A stretch of 64,000 bases of DNA, taken from Epiperipatus broadwayi (taxonomy: Eukaryota > Animalia > Onychophora). Every line of letters begins with the position of its first letter. The first letter of the stretch is position 1. The DNA lies in contig JAQFVV010000005.1 of assembly GCA_028023455.1 (NCBI GenBank), positions 13,516,001 through 13,580,000 on the forward strand, written 5' to 3'. Made by a program: the position numbers and the translations under genes. Shown here one piece after another: positions 24,967 through 37,435 of the stretch. The notes under the pieces are model-generated. The model worked only from the letters and a program-made list of their open reading frames with translations. It was not told where the DNA came from and searched no databases.

Positions 24967-26547
24967 CAACAAAAAACGGATATAAATTCTTCTTTGTGTC
25001 TCTCTGTCTTGATGAAAGTACTGATATAACTGGATCAGCTCGTTTAGCAATTTTCATTCGTTTTTGTGTTGGGAATCATATTAAAGAGGAATTCATTAAT
25101 ATAACATCATCAGCATCAACAAAAGGGGTGGATATTTGCAATACAGTTGTAAAAGCACTTACCGAAAAAGAAATTGATTTAAACAAAATTGTGTCAATTA
25201 CTACTGATGGTGCTTGTAATATGATTGGAAAGAAAAATGGTTTCCTCAATTTATTCACCAAACAAGTTGGTCATTCAGTTCTTGGTTTTCACTGTATTAT
25301 ACACCAGCAGGTTTTATGAGCCAAGACAAGTTTCAGGTTTTTGGAAGACATTATGAGTGTTGTAACAAAAGTGGTGAATTTTATATTTGCACGCGCTTTA
25401 AATAAAAGAAAATTTTTGGAATTACTGCATGAGGTAAACTCTGTCTATAATGGTTTACTTATGTACAACAATGTTTGATGGGCCACAGAAAAGTTCAAAG
25501 ATTCGTGGACTGTTTAGATGAAATTAGACTTCGTTTTCATAATGAAAAAATTATGGCAAAAATATAGTTGGTTACAGGATGTCGAAAGTCTTTGCAAATT
25601 AATGTTTTTCACTAACTTATGCTCACATTTGAGTGAATTAAATGTTAAGTTGCAAGATATTAATAAGATAGTTATTGTTATGTTCGATTTAATTGAAGCA
25701 TTTGCAGTTAAATTGCAAGTTTTCACCCATGACGTTATTTCTAATACATTTAGGTATTTCTCAAATACAAAAAAAATTCTTCTTAGATTTAAAAACTCAT
25801 GAAAAACCAGATTGAGTTAAAATAATACAAGAATTTTCTGCAGTAATTCAGGCAATAAGCAATGAATTTTTTTCAAGGTTTCAAGATTCGAGGCAGTTTG
25901 CAGAAACATCGAAATTTATTTTATATCCTGATACCACTGGATTAGATAAACTCAATAGAGATTTTTGAGTGGCTCAATTTCAAAGATTTAGAAATGCAAT
26001 TAATTGATTTTCAGTCTAGTTCCATATGGAAACATTTAAGAAAGGACTTGGAAGCAATTAAAAATGATCGGTAATTGGACAGTTAAAAAAGAACTTGGAA
26101 TGCCATTTCCAAAACCTATAACTATAAAAAAAATAGCAACTGCTGTACTGTCTATTTTCTCCTCAAGTTATGCTTGCGAGTCATTATTTTCCAAAATAAA
26201 TTTTATAAAAGATAGTTATAGAAATAAGCTGACTGATGAATCCAGTGCAGCATGTGCATTGCTTAAAGTTACGACTTATGAACCCAATATACAACATTTG
26301 GAATCCAAAGTACAACAACAAAAATCTAATTAATAAAAGTTATAATTAGTATTGACTTTTATATAGCAAAATGTATTGTATACAATTATTTTGTGAATTT
26401 TTAAGTCAACTCCTTAATTTAATTCAATAAAATTTTATAAATTTTTACTGTTTATTTACTACTAAGAATTTTCTGGCACGCCAGAGGTTGGACAAAAAAA
26501 TAATTGTAATATTTGTCATGCGCATATAAAAAGGTTCGCCACCACTG
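24967..26547 (+). mobile_element. hAT transposase catalytic segment and right terminal inverted repeat
   Basis: DDE motifs SLCLDESTD, SITTDGA and SSSYACESLFS, plus FHCIIHQ. Terminus AGGTTCGCCACCACTG at 26532-26547 (reverse complement CAGTGGTGGCGAACCT, a typical hAT TIR). No left TIR found. Confidence 0.9.
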
Positions 26548-27748
26548 CCCTTCACTTTAATTGCTATCCGTCGCCACAAGTATCATCATAAAAGATATTT
26601 TAAATTGGAAAAGTAATGACTGAATCATTTAAAAGTATTTAATTTGAAAGAGGGCAAGATGTAGTATATGAAAATTTTTCTTTCAAATGATGTTGAGATG
26701 TTTAATGATTACCATAATGTGTAATACAAGAGAAGAATTAAAACCTATACAAAATAATAGAGCTCTTTTATTATAATAAGATGCATATTCAAATGAGTGA
26801 AAATGAGAATAGTGGAAAGGAGTTTGGGAATGATATGATATATGAGAGAGTGTCAGAATGAGAATAAAATAAGTTCAAGCAATATGACTTTCTGAATATT
26901 TTTCTCACACAATAGTTTAGTAATTTTTTAGAGGGAGGTATTTATACTTTATTTTAAGGTATTTCTGATAGTCAAACATTGGAATGACACTTCATTAAAT
27001 TGAAAATTTTAAATAATTTCTTTTAATATTTTATTTATATTTTTATATAAATGCTTTTAAAATATAAACCTGCATTGATGTATTTACATTAATAAACAAA
27101 TAAATAAGATATTAAGTTTTGATTTAGAAAATTGGGAGAGCTATTTTAGTCATCCCCAATATAAATAATAGAACACTATTTTATTAAATAGTTTTTCATT
27201 GTATTTTTGAAAATGGCCAGAGTGAAGGCTATTTTTATTTTATTTCTTATACTTCTATATCATATTTATTGTAAATATTTCTTTTATTTATGTTAAACAA
27301 TATTAATATAATTTTACTTTGTAAATAATCTAATTTATTATGTTATAAATCTATTGTTAATTTGTTAATAAATTTGTGAATTGTTTTTCTAAAATTTACT
27401 TTAGTAAAGTTGTGATTTATTTGTGTATTGCTTATTGATTTTCCACATTGTATGCATGGTCCACAGAAATTAATAATTTAAAATATTATTTATTTAGCAC
27501 ATGATCCGTAAAGATTTCTCTGACATTATTTCATTATATTCGATTAAGTAACCAAATATATTTCTATTATTGTCTTTAAAAATCTGATCATTATTAATTA
27601 TTTTAAACTGATACAATACCAATAAGAGATACTTGATATTGCCACAATATTAGAATGCATTATCTTTCTCTTTAAGAATGCCACATTAAACATGGGAAAA
27701 TTATACAATGTGTTTATAATTATAAATTTATTAAACGCACATTGATTA

Positions 27749-28072
27749 CATAAGTAATATTTATTGAGGCTATAACCTGGATAATATGCATATAAAATGC
27801 GATAGTAGGGACCTCTACATGTGTTTTAACCACAAGCTTACGCTATGGAAGAAAAGAGGGGAACCCTTCTTTACTTCAACCTACTTTCTATTTAAATAGG
27901 TGAAGCTGAAGCGGTTAGATCTGCGAGCGTGAAGCTATTCAATACTTCACTGATTAAGTCCACATTTCTTATTACACATTAATACTCGCGAAATCTTTCG
28001 ATTTACAAGGTCCCTACTATCGCATTTTATACGCATATTATCGAGGTTATAGCCTCAGTAAATATTACAATG
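27749..28072. mobile_element. 324-bp MITE, Tc1/mariner-type (TA TSD)
   Basis: TIRs of about 65 bp, CAT(A/T)(A/G)GTAATATTTA..GAGGCTATAACC..AAAATGCGATAGTAGGGACCT, flanked by TA at 27747-48 and 28073-74. Confidence 0.85.
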
Positions 28073-29329
28073 TATTTATTTAAAATTTTTATTTTATTTT
28101 ATTCCTGAATTATAACCATTAGGTAGATTGTTATATTGAGAATCATGAAGATATTTAGTTGCTTGTTATAGTTATTATTTTGTAGGAATAGTTAAATATC
28201 ATATAAAAGCCCATATCATATTTAACTACAGGGTATTAACTAATTGATGTTTATTAATTTATTAAGAGATGACTCTGAGATTATTATCATTATTATTCCT
28301 ATTATTATGATTATTATTTCTTTTATTACTATTATTTTGGTAGATTGTAAATTTCTTATTGAGAAACGATGACTAAAGTTATTAATTAATATTCTAATAA
28401 AGGAATATCAAATAGTTTATTATTTTTCTGTAATAAATTCATAAAATTATATTTTAGAATCATTAAATGTATATTTTAAAGACATGCAAGTATTACATAG
28501 TAGTTTTATTATATGAATTTGGTGGAGTAATGCTCTTATGCCATTGAAGGTGCATCTTTTAGGATGTATTCTCAATGTTTTACCTAGTGTACCTTACTGA
28601 AGGTCTGATGTTAGGAGATTTACAGTTATATTTATTATTTTGACAGAATCTTATTTTGTTTACAATAGTGAATTTAGCCATAAATTAGATTTATTTGTAC
28701 ATAAATGGATTAAGTAGTATAGTTGGAACCCTAATTAGTTATTAAAAAGCTAAGTGCTATGATATTTTATTATAATAATATTTTCTTAAAATTAATGAGT
28801 TAAAAATATTATTTTATTAGATATTATATCTTGAGCTAGTCTTTATGTTATATTATTTTAATAGTTAACGTTTACATAACTTAATTATAATACATTATTG
28901 TTATCCCAGTCAGCCGTATTCTTTTATTCAGTAGTATTCCATTAAGGAAGGGTACAATATAAACAACCAATTACAAAATATATAACTTTATAACACAATT
29001 ACACAGTTAAAGTATTCAAATTTTATCAAAATAGAAAATTTAAACCCTGTGTGGGAGGGAAATTGTAAGGATTACTTACAATCTTATAAATATAACTTAT
29101 TCAAATACAAGATCAAAACATAAAATAAAAAATAAATAAATATAAGTATAAGCTTATAATAAGTAAACTTATTATATTTTTTATACATACGTGTATATAT
29201 ATGTATTTAACTCAAGCATTAAAATCTTGAGTTAGATAAATACTACTTAGATAGTTGCTAATTAAATTAAAATATTAAAATAATTTATATATATATATGA
29301 TTTTATTTGACTAATATTATTAATCAAGA

Positions 29330-31800
29330 TGTAGATATGGAGACAACCCCAGGTCAATATCGCATCTTAGCAACTAAAACAAAGGAAATGGAATTTAGAA
29401 TTCAATTATAAATTATAATTATTTCAACAATAGAATATTAAATCATGAAAAGCATTTATACATGCTATCGGAAATAGACTCTAGTATAAGACCTAAATGA
29501 AATAATTTCAAATTTTAATCCTATCTTTTTCTAAGAAACTAACCACTACACTCGCTTGTTCAGCTGTGTTCGAATTTTGAGCATCTCAAAAGAAGATGGA
29601 TCAATAATTTTAAAAATTTTTGTGATAGAAATTTAATTATAAAACAACTCCAATTTCATCCAATAAAAGAAGTAAATAAATTACTCTTTAATATTATTAC
29701 TTATTATCTTCAAAACGAAATTATCTATGTATTTCCATTTATTAATTATTAAGTAATAACTTGTAGATGGTGTGAATATTAATACACCCAAAAGAGAGGA
29801 TTTTGTCAATCTGATGAACAAAATGGTGCCTTTAGTAGTTAAAGTATTGGAGCTGGGTTCCAAATACGTTGGTGGCAAGTGGAGGCAGCCAAGGATGGAG
29901 GTGATGGCGGACATCGAGGCAGGACTAGGGATAACTATGTTGTCCAAATCACCAGAGCGATCCGACACAAGCCGCTTAACACAACAGCAGATACATGGAG
30001 TAGAAAAATTAGTGACACCAAAAAATTTTTTGTTGACAGTTTAATTACATGCATGAAAGAAGACAAGGGGAATAGATTTGTCATAATGAATATGTTAATA
30101 AGATGAAAATGCAAATTGATAATGAAATTTGTACACACAGCAAGCTTTAATAACAAACTTAATAAAGAGAAATTTATAACATCGATACTTCGTATGCATT
30201 GCAATAAAGCTTTCTCTAAGGCTGAGTATTATCAAATGTATCTGTCTTTTTCCATGCCCCCTTGAATGTTTGCTAATGCCAAATGACATAAGCCTGACAT
30301 ACCTCTGAGATTGATGTTGGACTTCGGAATCATGCATTATTTTGAAACAGCTAAGATAAATCAGTAGCTAATCGATAGTTTAGGCTTCGGCGAGTATACT
30401 ATTAAATCTTTTTTTGATTTTATCAATATATGCGCTAATAAGGCCTGAGTTTAAAATTGCTGCTATAGATATTTCAGAGTTATATGGGTTTATTAATAGA
30501 AAGACTTCTATCAGATTATACAACAAGAACTGGAAAGTAATAATGTGACTCAGGCTCGCATTTATGTCATCACCGAGTTTTTAAGATGGTTGGACAAAAA
30601 TATAATGGCAAAGTTTGAAGACAAGTGGTACCACATGAACAATGGGTGGCCCATGGGATTGCCCATGAGTGGCATCATGGCTAGCATCTATTTGAATTAC
30701 TATGAAAAACAAGTATTACCTAAATACAACATAGTAGATAATCACATAATATATACGAGGAATGTGGACAACTTATTTGTTGCTGCTCCAGTAAATATTG
30801 TTGAGCAAATCAAAGCTCAGATACAAGTGTACACATCCTTAGATTTAAATATTACACGGGAAGATATAAAGCAAGAAGTAAAATATTTAGATATTATGGT
30901 ACATAGAGAAGGAAGTACTCTTAACTATACAATGGTCATGAAGCCACCAGAAGTACGTGGACAGATTCACCGAGATTCATACACACCTATGGCTCACAAG
31001 TTTGCTGGGTTGACATCATTTCTTTTTAGAAGGTCTAATATGATTAATTATACTAACAATTTAATCGAATCAGGATACAAGCGTGATGGAGTTTATAATA
31101 AGATTAGACATTTTATTAATAAAATTGGAACACACAGAGTTAGAGACAACAAGCCTTGGCTATTATTGCCCTATATGCATTCTATGCATAAGACATTCTA
31201 TAGGACTTTCTCTATGGATTTTCATCTGAGTTTTCATACACCAAGCTCAACTAATAGGTTTATTAACAACACGAAAGACACCATAGCTTCAGATCAGACC
31301 TCTCAGGCCGTGTATAGGGTGGCATGCCCTCACAATGGATGCAAAGCTTCATACTATGGTGAAACCAGAGCCACCATAGCTACTAGGTTGTCACAGCATA
31401 GGTATAGATATAATAAGTCACATACTAACCCAGAATGGACTTCAATTTTTGCATATCAAAAAGTATCAGGGCACGAGTTTGAACTCAACATCTGCAAAAT
31501 TGGTTTGTACTGAGAGGCATGATGTTAAGCATAAGGTAAAGGAGGCTTACTTCATAGCAGAGGACTCCCTCATCATTAATCGTAAAGAAGCATGTTTTAC
31601 CATATCAAAAAGATGGTCTAATTGACTCATGTGCATAGAGTTTGCATATTATACTAATAGAATGATTTCAATGAACGAGTCAGAACTGGCTATGATTATG
31701 AGAAGTACAGTTTCTCAAAAGCGCTCAGCCATTTTAATTGACTAATTGATATTAATTATAGTTTACGTTATAAGTGTGATAGCACTATTTAATATTATCA
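29330..31800 (+). mobile_element. Penelope-like element C (same family as A and D), degraded
   Basis: LELGSKY, MKEDKGNRF, NNGWPMGLPMSG, YTRNVDN and GIY-YIG AVYRVACPHNGCKASYYGETR. The 5' boundary is approximate. Confidence 0.88.
31687..31731 (+). ncRNA. Minimal hammerhead, A3-U8 variant with G12A (PLE-C)
   Basis: TGGCT-ATGATTA-T-GAGAAG..TTTCTC-AAAA-GCGC-TC/AGCCA. Confidence 0.65.
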
Positions 31801-32779
31801 TAATTTATTAATTATATAAATTTAGAATATCATTGTAAACTGAAATTCTAACTAAGAGAAATTTATTCAAAAACTTGAATAAAAATTGAAATTCAAATAT
31901 TTTAAGAACACAAGAATTATTAAAAATGCATTGTGGCTAAATACCACTTGTCATAGGACAAAATGCTAGTGTTTTAATTAAAGTTAATGTAATTACTAAA
32001 TCCTACAAAATGCCTAATATATATATATATTTCATAGACATAATTTTCAATGAAGATTCAATTGGTAAGATCCTGACTTCACATGATAGGAGGAATTATA
32101 AGCAACAGAATATTTTGATTGCCTCTCCAACGGTTGATAAACAAGGAACTTAGGACTATATTATTGATGAACATTCTTAGCTTCATGATAGAAGGGAATA
32201 GGATAATATCATTCGACTGAGCATTTCAAATTATATTCGTGTTATATATTTTGACATCTCAACATTATTTCCTTTACTGCCAAAATTGTTTATGCTGCAA
32301 ATACTTCATTTAGGAAAATTATTTAGATGAGGAGAAATAGAAGATCATTACATTCAACATTTTTACTTTTTTAAAATAAAATTTAGATTTTCCATTTAAG
32401 AAAATCGACACTGATTGGGTTAAACTTAATGCAAACTTGATATGATGGTAAGATTTTACTTTCTTCATATTAGACCTATTTATGACAAAAGTAGTTTTAT
32501 TCATTACTAATTTAAATATAATAATATTTGTTTATTATTCTTTGTGTGTATTACTAACATCTTTGAATGAAAGGTTTTTATTTCACAATATGACCACAAG
32601 TAGAAGGGATTATTTACAAAATTGGAATTGCTGCACAAGGATCTTACAATTTAAATCATAATATTAAATTAAGACTTAGTTAATTAGAAATATTATAATT
32701 TTGAAATCCTAAATTTTTGATTACCATTTTATAAATTACTGAAATATGTTTGTGTTATGATGTATATTACTATTAAGGG

Positions 32780-33350
32780 AATATGGGAATGAATTATTTA
32801 ACTTAATATTATAAATAATAGAAATATATGCTAACATGTGTTATAATTTTTTTATTTCGCTACATGAAATTCAGTTATATTGTTATCTTTTAATAAATAA
32901 GTTAAAGTTTGTTTTAAACTCAAGGAGGTCTCTTATTTGTCTGACTTATTTAGATATTTTATGAAACAAAATATTGGTGAATATATATACTCACACATAT
33001 ATATATATAAATTTTACATCTTAATATTGTAAATAAATTATTTATAAAACAAAATATTGAACTAATTACTACTATGGGATATTGATGGTAATGCCTGAAG
33101 AGAGTTAAATGCAACATCTGCCCTGAGTTTGAATTCTGAGCATAACGGAACCATCAACGAAGATGTAGATCAGATTAATCAGTCCAGATTATATTGGTAT
33201 TGAATAACTTAATTTTAAATTATCTTGTTTAATATAGATTCAATTTTAGATTATAAATACATTGTTTCATCCATGGCAACCTATACGAAAACTTTGTCTG
33301 ACTATAGTTTGTGACCATCTTGATTATCTGAAAAGGCCCTACCGTTACAA
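32780..33350 (+). repeat. Dispersed non-coding repeat, copy 2 (paralog of 8380-8860)
   Basis: Same co-linear blocks as copy 1, with internal insertions. Confidence 0.8.
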
Positions 33351-33779
33351 TACAAACTTCAGTTATTACAAAATTTGTGATTTAACATAATTTTTTAAAT
33401 ATTCAATATGGCTGCTTCACCAGCGAAAATGTTGAAAAATTTGATAAAAGAGTCCAAGTTAAAAATAAAAATAAATTTTTATTTTCTTTCCATTACTATT
33501 TTGGCAATTATCTAATAGTGTACATTATGTGAAGCTAAGTGCAGACATTGTTCTCCAGGGATAATAAAGTATTGGAAATTTCACTATAACTAAAATTTCT
33601 ATTTAAAAAAAAAAAGGACAATAATAGAACATATATGTAGAAAATAGTTTGTTTTTAAGCAATTTGAAATATTTACTGAAACATTAAAATAATTAATTCA
33701 TAGTTAACAAATATAGACAATACAATTAGAATTTAATTTTTTGTACTTGGTATACAAGTATAAAACAATGTATAGCTCC

Positions 33780-33805
33780 CCCTGGCGGCTTTCCGGAAGT
33801 GACAA
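33780..33805 (+). promoter_or_regulatory. Candidate internal Pol II promoter at the LINE 5' end
   Basis: GC-rich CCCCTGGCGGCTTTCCGGAAGTG containing an ETS-type CCGGAAGT motif, within 30 nt of the TSD. Confidence 0.4.
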
Positions 33806-33891
33806 TCTAAGCAGATCGTTCAACATTAAAATACTAAATTATTATAGTTTTGAAACTTTTTTTTTACCTACGGAGAGGTGGAAATGATCAG

Positions 33892-33930
33892 GTAAGCATT
33901 TATCTTTTGTGTTTATTAAATAAAACTCAG
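33892..33930 (+). other. Putative 39-nt spliceosomal intron at the start of ORF1 of L1/Tx1 copy 2
   Basis: ATGATCAG|GTAAGC...AAAACTCAG|AATGGAT. Splicing puts the ATG at 33884 in frame with the ATG at 33932. Confidence 0.6.
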
Positions 33931-35739
33931 AATGGATAGGGCATTTAATTTTCCTGATCAGGAAATCCCGAAGCCTAACAGAATTATGAGGTCTCATAGC
34001 GACCATAACATTAGAAAGGTATTTGATTTAACCTGAGCCCTCAAAAAGAAACAATAGAAAATACTTCCAGTAAAACCAATCAAGCCAACTTCTTCCGTAA
34101 CGAAACCTTGTTAAGCCAAATGATCGACAAAGAATTAACATTACAAGATCCCTTTGGACATATAAATAAAAATGCAAAGCCTCAATCGCTTTCCGACAAC
34201 TTTACATCGTCACAACAAAGTAGACAAAAAAATATAAACTCGTTTTCCAATACGATAAACCGTGATCGAAGTTACAGTCAAACACTAAACATACAAAAAC
34301 CTTATTTACTAGAATTCCCCAGTCTTAAACCCAATTCTGACACAGAAAGTTTACAGTTCTGTAATAACACAATGTTAAATCATAATATAAGTTTTAACAG
34401 TCAATTACAAAATAAATTAAGTCCAACAATTTAAACAAGCAATCAATCATATGCAACAGCACTTAGCAAAAACAAAACTAAAACTACAGGTATAATAACA
34501 GGTGAATCTACCACACAATCAAACATCCTCGATTTTATGAGAGATAAATATTTCAATAATAATGAACATAGACCTCTAGCATTTCCACAAAACTCACAAA
34601 CCACCATGAATAATTATCACGAGATAAGCCAGGAATTCAATTCCAGAATTCCTCCACTTTTGTTCAACTCTTTCTTACATTACCATAGTGATCTTACTTT
34701 AATATTAACCACTTCTAATGATTACTGCAAGTCAACAATTAACTGATTCAGTAAAGAGAATATATCACCATCCGAACAAAATATATTTAGTAATAGAGTT
34801 TTACAATATATTACAAAAAGAACAATTTAAAAGAAATCAACTTTACCTCAAAAATAGATATCTCATAAAGATAAGACAGGAACAAACCCAGAATTATTCA
34901 TGGATTAGCACGAAATTGCTATTTAAATTTTAATCAAAATGACCTCCAACGACTTCTAGCTAAATTTGGAAATATCACAAATTTCAAATTCATAACAGAA
35001 AAGAGAGCAGGCATTGAACTGCCCTCAAACAGCGCAGCCTTCTCGCTTAAACTAAACCCAGATTATTCTCCACTAGACATTCCGGTTACACTAGATGAGG
35101 CAAAACTTCCAATTTTCATCTCAATTCGAGGTGTGCAGCCTCAGTGTTTCAGCTGTCAGGAACGTACTCACCTTCTTCTAAAGGCACGTCCAAAAGGAAC
35201 ATGTGCTCATTGCAATTTAAAGATGTCCAGAAATCATAAATGTGCACAAAAAACGTTAAACTCTCAATTCACTTCAATTCAACAGACAACTAATACAAGT
35301 GATAATGAACAAAATCAAGTCAATGAAGACAGTATTGAAATCTCGCAAACATTAACAGAGGCCATAACTCAAGAGAAAACAAAAGGCTGTGTGAACAGTA
35401 TTACATTACAACATATACACACAGCTTCTGAAAACCATTCAACAACTGGATCAAAACAGGAAATAGTAGAAACACAGACACATCAAGTACAACAAACAAT
35501 AATTAAGCAACAAATACCAATACAATCATCTCTACAAACTAACCCAAAAGGTCAAATAATACCGAATAACAAAAGGAAAACACAAGATTCTTCTGAATCG
35601 CAGCATGAAAAAACAACCAACTCAACTGCAGAATCTGATCTTGATATCAACTACTCTCAAAACTCTTCAAACAAAGCATCCAAAAATAGAAGTAGGCAAG
35701 AAAAGAAGAGAACAAAAAGAAATGTCTCAAAACAGCTCA

Positions 35740-35979
35740 ACAGAGAACCTATCTACAGATTCACTAAGTACAGAATCTCAAAAAGACAAAATGGTCAACT
35801 CAAATACAAATACTCAACTCAAAACAAAGCACTAGATCAAGGTCAAACAAAAACAACAGTATCAAATTGCTTGACAGAGAACCAATCTACAGATTCACTA
35901 AGTACAGCATCTCAAAAAGATAACATGGTTAACTCAAATACAAATTCTCTAAACAAAGCACTAGATCAAGGTCAAACAA
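35740..35979 (+). repeat. 134-bp tandem duplication in ORF1; the second unit is split by PLE-D
   Basis: ACAGAGAACC..TCTACAGATTCACTAAGTACAG..AACAAAGCACTAGATCAAGGTCAAACAA at 35740 and 35874. The unit resumes as AACAACAGTAACAAATTG at 37313. Confidence 0.85.
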
Positions 35980-37312
35980 TGTTCAATCAGGATAATTAAA
36001 GAAGAGCTTCAAAATAATCATTGTCCTGAACATAAAATTGAGTTTATCATTGACTTCATGAATTGGTTGGATGAAAACATATTTGCGACATTTGAAAATA
36101 GATGGTATAGGATGAATAATGGATGGCCGATGGGATTGCCTATGAGTGGCATTGTATCTAGCATTGTAATTGGTTATTTTGAAAACCAAATTATATCAAA
36201 GTTCCAAGAGCAAACACATGGAATAATTTATTGTAGGTATGTAGATGACATTTTCATTGCAGCACCTAAACTTATAATAAAAGCCATTCAAGATGAACTG
36301 CAGGCACATACCAACTTAATATTTAACTGCACTGAAGAGAGTGAGCTTAATTCAATTAATTATTTGGACCTAATAATAACAAGAACACACAGATGCATTG
36401 ATTACAACATGAAAGTTAAACCTTTAAACATTAGAGGATACATCCATACTAAATCGAAAACACCGAGAGCCCACAAATTGGCAGGGCTTTCTGCTTTTTT
36501 GTTCAGGAATTACCATTTGTGCAAATATGAAGAAGAAAGAAGGGTAAATATTAACCAATATGTTAATGATCTGATGAAGGTTGGTTATGATTTAATAACC
36601 ATCAACAGAAGAATTAAAACATTTTATGAAAACATAACCAAACCTAGCAGGGACAAAAAACAACGCATATGTCTGCCATATATTCCTAACATAGCTAGAA
36701 AACTGGTCAATAAATTGCAGAATGAATTTGCAGTAGGTTTTCGAACTCCTCCAAACACCAACAGGATTTTGAACAATTCTAAGGACAAAATTGACCTACA
36801 ATCAACACCACATGTGGTGTATAAGTTGACATGCCCTCAGGCAAACTGCGGTGCAGTATACTTTGGTGAGACTCGGGCCACTATAAACAACAGAGTGGCT
36901 CAGCATAAATACTTATACAAAAGAGTATTAAGAACAAACGAAGGCAGCTCAGTATTTGTGGACCACCAAAGAGAGGCTAATCATGAGTTTGAACCTGCAA
37001 ATGCTAGGATAATTGCAACTGAAAGAAATGACATCAAAAGGAAGGTGAAAGAAGCATGGTATATATCAAGAGATTTGAAAGCAATAAACAGGAGAGACAC
37101 ATGCTTTTCCATTTCAAAGAGATGGACAATATAAATAAGCTTGCATAGATTTGCATAAATTACTACGTTAAAAGGCTATGAATATGAGTGTAAGCTCTGA
37201 AAGCGCTTAGCCTTAAGAAATATTAATATAATCATTGAATTTAATTTCACTATATACGTTAAGCGTATTTAATATTACATTGTTATCAATAGTGAAGAAA
37301 AAAATCGGAAAT
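35980..37312 (+). mobile_element. 5'-truncated Penelope-like element D nested in L1 ORF1
   Basis: Open 358-aa ORF 36058..37134 with NNGWPMGLPMSG, YCRYVDDIF and GIY-YIG HVVYKLTCPQANCGAVYFGETR. Confidence 0.92.
37172..37214 (+). ncRNA. Minimal hammerhead, A3-U8 variant (PLE-D)
   Basis: AAGGCT-ATGAATA-T-GAG..CTC-T-GAAA-GCGC-TT/AGCCTT, with a perfect 6-bp stem I. Confidence 0.7.
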
Positions 37313-37435
37313 AACAACAGTAACAAATTGGGATATTCTGACAAACAGCACAAGTACTCGAGGATCAACTTATCTCATTGGATGACGAGTTCTCAGAAGA
37401 ATAAAGCAATCTCCACACCTATACAGAATCAAACA

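Larger units (their letters stand above)
33932..37404 (+). pseudogene. L1/Tx1 copy 2 ORF1, fragmented and interrupted by PLE-D at 35980-37312
   Basis: KRIYHHPNKIYLVIEF, RAGIELPSNSAA and QPQCFSCQERTH..CAHC. The C-terminus EDQLISLDDEFSEE* after the PLE matches VDQIVVIDEII of copy 1. Confidence 0.75.

Noticed and set aside
29811-29817. CTGATGA hammerhead-like core
   Set aside because: Lies inside PLE-C coding sequence, with no stem II or GAAA following.
35874-37134. In-frame L1 ORF1::Penelope RT fusion protein
   Set aside because: At the junction ORF1 is in frame 3 (stop at 35999) and the PLE ORF is in frame 1.
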